Assembly (NCBI GenBank): GCA_051453625.1
Contig: JBOZIK010000001.1
Coordinates: 27,105,884 to 27,140,820 of the forward strand
Origin: Welwitschia mirabilis
Taxonomy: Eukaryota
Length of the DNA: 34,937 nt
Direction: 5' to 3'
Shown: piece by piece, positions 25,081 to 34,937 of the stretch
How the letters are laid out: every line of letters starts with the position of its first letter
Numbering within the stretch: the first letter of the stretch is position 1
Made by a program: the position numbers and the translations under genes
Notes under the pieces: generated by a model
The model's input: only the letters and a program-made list of their open reading frames with translations
Told to the model about the DNA's origin: nothing
Database searches by the model: none

Positions 25081-27299
25081 TTAAAGTTAGCTATAATTTG
25101 CTAGAACTATAATGAATATTATAGTAATAATTCAAAGAATATGACACCTACAAAAGAGTTATGTTAAAGAGTTACATCACTTTGTCAACACTAAATAAGA
25201 TTTTTGGGAAAGTGAATGGCATACTTATGATTTGCATAGGGTTATACTAAGGTCTTAACAAGATGTCCTAAAATCCCTGGTAATTTTGAAGACTAGATCT
25301 TATAGGTAGTATGACCTAGTTAGGTCATCACACCAGAATCTTGCATTTGACAATTCTGATGCCCTTATTGAAATAAATATGAGTTTCATGTTTTATAATA
25401 CATTACAATTTCACATATTTTAAACAAAAACTCTATTATCTACTTGTTTTTTTATCATTCTTAATTGAATTTTCATTTTATTATTGAATATTTTTATGTT
25501 AATTATATAAATAAAATTCTAGCATTACAATTATTATTAAAGCATCATAATAATTGATACAATTTTTTCCAAAATAAATCTATATTTTATTACCCATGAA
25601 AAAAAGCAAGTATTTCATTAAATAAAGCACGTAGAAAAGTTCTTATAAGTAATAGAAATAAAGATAGATAGACTTAAAAATAAGATGAGGTATAAAAAAT
25701 AGTAAGGTGTACAAATAAAGGATCACTTCAGAAGAGGCCATCCTTATTATGAGCTCAAGAGTAAGAAGCACTAGGTGAAGGATCAAGTAGACTAGCAAGT
25801 ATTTCTCCCTTATCATCATTAGGCAATATGCAATCCAAGTTTACAGACTTACTATAATAATGATCTAAAAGATTAATAATATATTTTAATATATTTCTCA
25901 AACATTCCTTAAAAATACTTATATAATGATAAAATGCACAAACATATTTCTTTATCATCATAACATGCTTCAAAAAGTTATTAAGAACTTACTCTAGGTG
26001 ATTAGCCAATTATCTAAAATCATTTGTTGTGAAGTGACTAGTTCTCAAGATGCATTAAATTCAATTTAGCCTATAATAATCATCATAAAAGAAAGTGTAA
26101 GAATCTTATTAGAGTTTTGTAAATATAGAATATAATTATAAATATCATATACATCTAACTTTCAAATGTGACCTTTAGATATTCTAGTTTTTACATATTA
26201 TGTCAATTGATGAAATGCATCACTTCGAGTTCATTAATGATGATGTTAAGTTTCTGCATATAAGATCTTAATGAAAGATTATTTTTGAAATGGATATTGA
26301 AAATATTATATAGTAATGCTAAAAAATGCAAAAACCTAAGATGTTGTTTAACTTAAAATAAGCTTAAATAATTAAATTTAGAAATGAAGGTTTATTAAAG
26401 AACTAGTAAAAAATATCAAATATCCAACTAGCTTACTTCAAAATGCATCATTAAAATAAAATTTTGATGAAGTTTATTTGAATTATTTAGGTTCAAGATT
26501 GATATATAATATTGCTATGTATATATATACACTATGGAAATGGTTATAATGGAAAACACAATAATAATTTTACTATATTCTAAAATAATATATTCTAAAA
26601 TAATACCTATCTTAAGCATTATTTAATATCCAACTCTGTTTAAGATATACAAATAGGAGTAAGTTAAAAGTATCATTACTTTATTAAGTAATAAAACATA
26701 ATACTTTTTAGAATGTATATAAAGACATTAATGAATTCATAAGATTAGCATTTTACCATTAGATTGAAATACATCAAATGCTTATAAAATGTATTAATGA
26801 GAAAGTATTTTTCCTTTGCATGTTAGATTAAGATCTAGAGATGCCAACTATGCCCATTTTTGGATGCATTTAGAGAAACTTTCCTTTTGATCCTTTAGCT
26901 TTTCTCTTCCTTAAGCTATTTTTTCCAATATATCACTCTATTGTTTTTCCATTTCTTTTTATTCCCTTTATTCTATCTTTTTTATTATGTAGTTTCATTT
27001 TGTAAAAATATCTTATCATTGGGTTTTTTTGCTTGTCTTTTATCACTTTGTCCTTCTCTTTTATCTTTATTTCAAATCACACTTTTTATCTACAACATAA
27101 TGAATAATACATAGGATAATCTACTAACATTTTAACTTATTAACATTTACCTAAGTATTTCAAAAAGAAGTATTAAATAATTAATTAAAAGATATAGTTC
27201 TAGGAATAAAAACATTCTATTATAATGAAAATTTATATCATTATTTCTACTCATTAGTTTTTCTGAAGATTAAGATTTGGTTAGTCCCTTAATAAAGTA

Positions 27300-29300
27300 A
27301 AATAATATGTATAAAAGAAAAATAGAAAAAATTTATTATTTTTCCAAGGTGCCTTTACACATAGTTCTATTTTAAACAATCTTATCCCTAAAGGAGAATA
27401 ATTACTAGATCTTAATAGGATAGTATAAATAGCTTTATATTTTTTCACACTTCTCTAATATCTTACAAAATTTAAATGGCACTTTCTTTAGAAAGTCCTA
27501 AAATTTCTTTGCATAAATTCCTTTTTCAAATGTTGAAGCTACTTTTTATTAGCATAAACAATTCTATTTATTTTTTACCACCTCCTAAAGGCATTTTTAA
27601 TTATATTTTCTAGTTGTTCTTAAGATTTATTAATAAAATCATATAATTTATAGGGGTAGTAGCCAAGGCTTTGAGGAACTACTAGATCTTCATGTTTAAA
27701 ACTAATTCTTTTTTTAACCTTAAATTTTATTAGACATAATTCATGAAGGAATCTTATATTTTCTTATTCAAAATTTTGAACAATACTCTAACTGAATTTA
27801 GAGAATATTATCCTGACCTCATTTTTCAAATCTTTTAAAGACTCTTTTATGCTATTTATAATGATAGCCTTCATTTTTCTTTTAATTTTAGTGGTAAAAT
27901 TTGTAGATAGAGTTGTGTCTTGATGCTATGAACCTCTTCCAAAATAGACATGTATCAACTTAAATACTTTTTGAAATTCGTTTTTTATTTCCATGGTGAT
28001 ATGTTTTAATGCTAGATCTTCTAAGGGCTAGTAAGTGAAAAACCTTTCCCCTGATAATCTATTCTTTAAAGATTTGTTATCTTTCATCATTTAGGCCATA
28101 GATATCTTATTTACACCTAATATTAAATGCTAGTAATTAATTGATTTCTGAGACTTAATCCACTTATGTTATATTATTCAACCTTTACCTATATATTCTC
28201 ATATATTTTTCATTCATACTCCTTAGATCTGCATAAATTTTTTCTAAAAATTCTCTATTTAAAGGTATAGACCCTTTACTATGCATAAACATAATGAATT
28301 TTTGTTGATTCTTTATATATTAAGCATCATAATTTTTAGATAATGTTAAATTTTATAACAAGAAGACTAGAATCTTAGGTCTATTTATGGGAAGAGCATT
28401 TATATTATTTTTGTCTTTTATAATGGTCTCTAATTTAGTATTCCATTCATATGATTCTCCCAATTTTCTACTTATTGCCTTATATAATTCTAACAAATGA
28501 ATATATATTTTTTTAATTTATTTCTTATTGAAGTCTCTCAGTCCTTTATTTCTCCTAATTCAACTAATATCTTAGAAATTCATTTTAACTTTTAAATAAT
28601 TTTGACATATCTTCTTTAAATTTCAACCTTTATAGAATTTAAAGTAATGTAGAGACTATTAAATTTATCATCCTACAATGCCTTGGAAAATAATCTAAGC
28701 TGAAAGAAATGGGTGGAAAGAAGTTTTTTAAAAGTGAATTTTGTGGAGTCTCATTTACCCATACTTATAGGAGGTGGTAACAATGCTATAGTCTAAGGAT
28801 TGAGGAAGGCTCACCTAGGTTTAATTGAGATGTTTTTGGAGTTAGTTCCTATTTTTCTATGAGTTACAAAAGACTTAATTTTATAACTCTAAATAAATTT
28901 TAAATATTCAAATCCATATAAGACTTATTTAGGATTAAACATGATCTTTTTTATTTTTAATATGTGGGCAATTAAAGGTGGAAATTCTAGCCTAATTATA
29001 CCAAAATATTTAATTTTAATCCTTCTCATTTTAGAATATGCCTTAGTAAAACAAGAAATATTCCTTTTTCAATCTTAACATTAGATTGATTTTATTTATC
29101 TTTAATGACTGTTATCATGTAAAAACTAGATAAAGTCATGTCGTTCCATTTGTCAATAATAAAACCTAAGTTACTTGTCATTATTTTCAAAATAATAAAA
29201 AAAATTGGGTCTTGAATTCTTATCTAAGGTATTCTTCCTTGAATTACAACTATTCCTAGGAAATCCATACTTAAAGTAGTGTCCTCTTTTATATTTGTAT
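27300..29300 (-). mobile_element. Very degenerate Ty3/gypsy pol relic (RT - RNase H - integrase order)
   Basis: Minus-strand translations in descending order: GFIIDKWNDM (~29165), LYGFEYLKF (~28920), RDFNKK..LELYKAISRKLGESYEWNTKLETIIK..NALPINRPK (28540-28375; RT thumb/tether), SSNYSP (~27410; integrase SxYHP-like). Confidence 0.5.
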
Positions 29301-29484
29301 CTTTTGGATTTACATCTAGTGGGTAATTGCAATATTTATCTTACTTCATCTTGTGGAATTGATATTATTTTATTTTCAATTGTTGTTCTTATCAAATTTT
29401 ATCTTTCATCAAATTCTAAGTTTCTATTAAATTTGTAAATGAATTCTAAATTATATCTATAATCCAAAGTTATCTACTCCCATC

Positions 29485-29558
29485 ATCCTAATCTAATAAT
29501 CCTTTTCTTTAGTTTTGTAAAATCCTAATCCAATAACCCTTTTCTTTAGTTTTATTAA
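29485..29558. repeat. Imperfect 37-bp tandem duplication
   Basis: atcctaatctaataatccttttctttagttttgtaaa / atcctaatccaataacccttttctttagttttattaa. Confidence 0.8.
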
Positions 29559-30312
29559 ATAAAGGTCTAAGAGTACTTTTTTAAATTTTAGGGAGAAATA
29601 ATTTTATGATCCATTATAATAGGTATAAGTAGGAAAAATTTTAAACTGTTAAGTAAAACTCTATGTTAATAGATAAAATTTTATAGGTATTTAGTATCCT
29701 ACTAAAATTATAAGATATCTTTTAAACAAGGATAGCTAATGAACATACTACTACTCTTAAATAGAAAAACAACTAGATATATGCACTATAAAAGTAACTT
29801 TATAGTAAAATGTATGTGAAATTTGTATATATTTACCTATGAAGTCTTTATCTAAATGTAAAACTTAAAAAATTATAGTTTCTATTACTATTATTCCCAA
29901 AGTTAAAACTTGCATGATTCTGAATGCTGCAAGTAAAAGCAATGTTAAAGGGAAGATGACTTACTTAAGATTTTTACATGAAGTTAAGCTATAATTTAGA
30001 AGAAAAGGATGGTGAGTAAGAGAAAATGAAATTCATAAATGGAAAATAATAAGAACATACCTACATTTTGCTTAAAAATGAAAAAACTCTTATACTTTTT
30101 ATTGTAATTAATTCAGATGATTGAAGGTTTAAAATATACATCTAAAATTATTTGAAAATAATTTTATATAAAATGAATTTATGATAAGGACATATGAGTG
30201 ATTTAATAAAGAAAGGCTTATAAAATATAGGTTTTCTATGGATAAGATGATATGGTAGTAAGTCATTAGTGGAAACTCAACAGGGTTCATCAAGAATGTT
30301 AGGGGAATGTTG

Positions 30313-31533
30313 TGTTGTGAATTTGTGCAATCTTTAAGTTCTTAGGTAATACCTATAAATCACAATACTTGCTAAAAAACAAACACTAATATAGATGAGA
30401 GTCAACCCAAATGTCATAGCCCACTAAAGGCATAAGGCTAGAAGTTAAAGAAGTGATTTCACAAAGTATTTTTAGTCTATTCACTTTAGTAACTGAAAAT
30501 AATAAGCAATGCAAATGTAATATAAAATGAATGATGATGAAATGAAATTAGATGAAATGCAAGTGTAATGAGTCTATTTGAATTCCAATCCTTCTGTCAT
30601 AAGAATCAGCCCTTATAACTTGTATTAATTAAAAAGAGTTATCACTTGTCCCTAACCAACATAATCTATAAGATATACTGAACAGATGTGAATAAATGCA
30701 AATATGAAATGGAATAAATGAAATACAATGCAAGACCTAAACTAATAATGCTAATCTTAATAAATGTTACTCTTATGATCTAGATAAACTATGAATCTAT
30801 TATCAAATCATAATCAACTTAAACCATAAGAGAGATTCACATGAAAGAAGTGAAAAGAGTTCTTGAATTGATCATCAATTCAACATTCACTGATACTTAG
30901 CCCAACACCAAGAAAATATTCTCTCTATAGCTAATGGATGGACCTATTGTCTTTTAATATTCTATCAAAAGAATATCTAGTATAAAAGATGGAAATGGAA
31001 GTGAAGATAAAAGGAGCTATTTATAGTTTTACATTTAAGTTTTAGAAGCAAAATTCTAGAAGTTGGATAAGAAACCTTAGCAACCCACATGGGCCACATG
31101 ATTCCATGATAAAGATAATTAACTTTTATTTATATAAAATAGCTGTCATCCTATTCATCATTAGGATAATGCTAGAGATGATACTCTATAAGAAGAGATG
31201 AGTCATTAACTTCAATCCTTGTAGTTTATTCCATAGCCTCAGTTCATGTTAATAGTACTATGTTTCTAATTTTCATGAGGATCATAGAGGAAATGATAAT
31301 CCTCTTTATTTTTTTATCTTAAGAGTAATCAATCTTCTACATTATTGATCTTTCCTTCAAAAGACAAAGTATTAGAATATGCCTGAATTGCCTCCAAATA
31401 TATCAATAATTACATATTTTAGTTATCATTCCATCAATTCTTCATAATTATTAGAATTACATCTAAACTTGTAAAAATGTCTTCCAAAGTATTGAAAATA
31501 CCCATTAAAATCTTAAAAATTAGCATCGCAACA
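30313..31533 (-). repeat. Complete 3' LTR (~1.22 kb)
   Basis: Termini TGTTG...CAACA (30313 or 30308; 31533). Minus-strand TATA CTATAAATAG at ~31017-31026. Homologous to 16345-16912. Confidence 0.8.
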
Positions 31534-31547
31534 TAGCCTCCTACTTA
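31534..31547 (-). other. Polypurine tract
   Basis: Minus strand taagtaggaggcta directly precedes the LTR start TGTTGC. Confidence 0.65.
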
Positions 31548-33949
31548 GACTTATTAATCTCTAACAATGTAAGCAATTAACCATATTATGTTCCAATTTA
31601 ACCAAGATAACAAACAACTAGGAAAAATTTAAATTGAGTTTAAGAATATTTACTATGTAAGAATAAACATAGAAAACTAATTAACTGACATCATACCTCA
31701 TTAGTATGTATAATAGATATGTTGTTCTACTTATCGCATGGATGACAATGGGAATGAAAACACTTCTAAAATTAGAATGAAAGGTAGACATCTATAACAT
31801 GATTATCAAAAAAAATACAAGTGCTAAAATCTTCATTAGCCCCTACTTGAAATATTTAATACATCATAAGATAATGATTGAATGTTATACATAATAATTT
31901 GCATAAGGTGTAATAATGATAATTTAGAAAATGATGACATGCATGTATAATAAAAGTAATAATAACTAAAAATGATATGTATGAATAAATTATAGAGTTC
32001 TAAAAGAATAATCTACAAGGGATAAAGTACAAAGAATAATCACAACATTATTTTCCTTATCCATGATGTTCTAAATGTTTTGAATCATACCTATATGAAA
32101 AATCTATAATTATACTACTGTGATCTTGCTAAATAATGTCTATGATGAAAATTATACAAGTAATATGAAATGATATTCAAATAATTTCATTATAAATATG
32201 CATCATAAAAACTTAAAAATGATCCTTTAAAATCAAAAATTTTACTCAATATCTTAGAAGTAGCTCAAAAAGATGTTCTTACCCCACAAGTGAATCAAGA
32301 TCTTCCAAATTGCAAAAATACCAAAAAATAAACTATTATCATTCATTCTACTATGGGGATGATCAATGTGAGATGACACCCATCAAAGAAGATTTTTTGT
32401 GAAAAACAAAAAAGGCCAAAAAATATCTAATAGATAAGGTAGCAATAATTAGACATTAGAAAATCATTAAAAAGTCAAAAAAATGGTTAAAAGAGAAAAA
32501 TCATCTTAAAAAAAAATGATCATAATGAAAAGAGATGAATGTGGAAAGGACTAAGGAGAAAAGCATAGGACCATAATAATGTACTATGTAAAAAGAATCA
32601 ATGTTTAGAAGAACTCCTCAAATATGCCCAAACTCAGTTAGCATGTAAAAGTAGTATTGTAACTTAAAAGAAAAAGTATCATTATCACATGTTAAAAAAT
32701 GATAAAAGACAAACAACCATTATGAATAAAAACTATGAGTGATATCAATAAGAAACTACTAAATCATTAGGTCCAAAATATTATGTTGAAAAAATATGTA
32801 AAGGACTTTGAAAAAACTAATAAAATAGCTAAAGAAAAACAAAAATAAAAATGGATAACTAGAAACTTAAAGAAGATTATTTTCTATCCTAAGTTATAAT
32901 ATAACAAATTATCTTGATAAAAATCATAAAATCACCTATTAAAAATGATGATAGTATGTGAAGACTCATAAAGTACCATTCAAATAGGTAGTGATTATGA
33001 TGATTTCAAGTATGTGTAACGTTGTTAAATAATTAATGATAAGATTAAATGCTACTCAAACATGAACTCACTAGCTCATAGACCAAAAAAACACTAGAAT
33101 ATAAAAAAGTAAAATCATCACATGAAAGTCCTATATGAAAAAATGAATCTAGAAAATAAGTAATACCTATGATAATACTAAGGGCATCATTGATCTTGTA
33201 GCCTTTAAATGATACTTATTAATTAGCAAAGTGCAACCACTATCTAATTACTAAGGAATTACATAGCATTGCTAACTAGCCCCTAGTGAAATTCCCACTA
33301 CTATCATATCACACTACTAAAGGCTCCTCTTAGGAAAATAAGCCCCAGTGCACTTGTGGTAGGACATCATGATTTAGTTAGATAAAAGACACTGCTTTTT
33401 TTTCCTTTTTTAAAGTGAAAGGAATCCCACATAACTAAGTACTTATAAGGATAAGAGTGAAGTAATGAAATGAAAAATAAGTAAGAGTATTCATAAATAA
33501 CTAAAGATTCACACCATTGAAAGAGAATAAAAGAATCAAGGCATTTTTATTCTAAATGAAATTCATAGAGATAAAAATGTCTTACAATTGAATAAATCCA
33601 ATCTTATAACTTTAAAATACCCAAGTAGAAGATTACTAATCATGGTAATTTTATAAATTAATACATAGATCAAGTTAGATATGTTTAAATGATAGCATGA
33701 TATCTATCAGAGGATTTGGTCAAGAAGGAATTTATACAATGATAGAAGGAAAATTATCCTCATCGGATGAGATTTCAAGACAAGTGCTTCTATCATGTTC
33801 AAGATTTGTTTAATAAATAATTCATAAATTTTTAACCTATTCATTAAATTTTTCAATTTCCCTAGTATATGGATCAAGTATTTTAATTGAGCCATTAAAA
33901 TGTTCTTTTTCTATAAGATAAGGACTTAACCATTTAGAGGTTAACATTT

Positions 33950-34815
33950 TGTGTAAAATATGTACTTAAGTATTGTATAAAAGGATAAGTTAACTAGGTT
34001 TAAATTGCTTATGAAGGATTCTTTTGTCATGTTTATACTTAACTTGGGCTTTATGAATGAGTTGATAATGTATATCATGGATACGCTTTTTATCTAAATG
34101 GTTAAGTTTAGCTAATTGAGTCTTAATATTTTTTTTCAAGTTTACAAGTTTAAGTTAATGGGTGGATCAATAGGAGTTATAGCAAACATTAACTAACAAG
34201 GTAGAAATCTTTTTTGTATAGAAGTTCATAAGGTGAAAACCCTAGAGAGTTTTGCCAAGTAGTATGCTAAGCTCAAAGAATATCATGAAGTTTAGAAGAC
34301 CAAGTTTTCTTATCAACAAAGACTAATTTTTGAAGCATCTTTTTAATTTTTATATTTGTGTTTTCAGCCTATCCATTAGTTTGTGGATGATAAGCACAAA
34401 AAATTCTATGTTTAGTTCTAATGGATAAAAAAGCTTCTAAAAAAGGTGATTGATAAAATAAGTTTCTTAATCACTAATGATGGTTCTAGGGAAATAAAAA
34501 CATTGAAAGATATGAGTTCCGACAAAATTAAAAATAGTTTGGACATTATTATTGGTGGTAGAAAAAGCTTCAACCCATTTGGTAACATAATCAATAGACA
34601 CTAAGATTTATTTTTTTATTATGAGAAGGTGGTTTGATAGGTCCTATAAAGTCAATTCCTTAATAATCAAAAGGTTCACATTCAAGCATATGTTTAAGGA
34701 GCATATCTTGAGAATGAATTATACTATAAAACCATTAACAAGCATCACACCTTTTAGCAAAGTTAAAAGAGTCTTTGAAAAGGGTAGGTGTTGTGGTGTG
34801 TAATAGTTCACATTA
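33950..34815 (-). pseudogene. Integrase relic
   Basis: Minus strand: PTLFKDSFNFAKRCDAC* (~34788-34735), EPFDY*GIDFIGPI (~34678-34637), ILVSIDYVTKWVEAF (~34607-34563), PRTIISD (~34490-34470), YHPQTNG*AE (~34393-34364). Confidence 0.9.
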
Positions 34816-34858
34816 AAATTCAATCCTGTTAATTATAATTAAGATGCAAAATACAACA

Positions 34859-34937
34859 CACTAGTATAGACGGAGTGATCTGAATGTCGTAATTCCGTCG
34901 AAGGCCAATGGTATGGACAATAAAGAGTTGATTTCAG
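34859..34937. mobile_element. Probable terminus of a younger CACTA (En/Spm) DNA transposon
   Basis: Begins CACTAGTATAGA, followed by inverted subterminal-type motifs gacgga...tccgtc. CpGs reappear abruptly. Truncated by the window end. Confidence 0.4.

Larger units (their letters stand above)
30313..34815 (-). mobile_element. Athila-like Ty3/gypsy element, 3' half (integrase, long 3' non-coding region, PPT, 3' LTR)
   Basis: See sub-features. Same family as 16345-22910, based on LTR and 3' non-coding homology. Confidence 0.85.

Noticed and set aside
25500..26900. Possible hAT relic (tagagatgccaa at ~26836; ORF 25755-25973)
   Set aside because: No partner TIR or transposase motif could be supported.

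Overview
Eukaryotic land-plant nuclear scaffold: very AT-rich, four N-gaps, no prokaryotic features. The only host gene is a GC/CpG-rich island at 8197-10226 (+), a secreted glycoside hydrolase family 1 (beta-glucosidase, BGLU-type) gene with 6 exons. It is now a pseudogene (one frameshift, three premature stops). Its first two introns both use GC donors, and all introns typical of the 3' half of plant GH1 genes are missing. The rest is degenerate transposon sequence eroded by C>T/G>A transitions: a near full-length L1-type LINE; two oppositely oriented Athila-like Ty3/gypsy copies of one family (one lacks integrase, the other shows integrase plus the 3' LTR); a further gypsy pol relic; weak copia and gag relics; a probable young CACTA end; and two or three diverged copies of an unidentified Cys/His-containing coding repeat, two of which flank the GH1 pseudogene in inverted orientation. 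All calls come from manual translation and alignment, and transposon boundaries are approximate.
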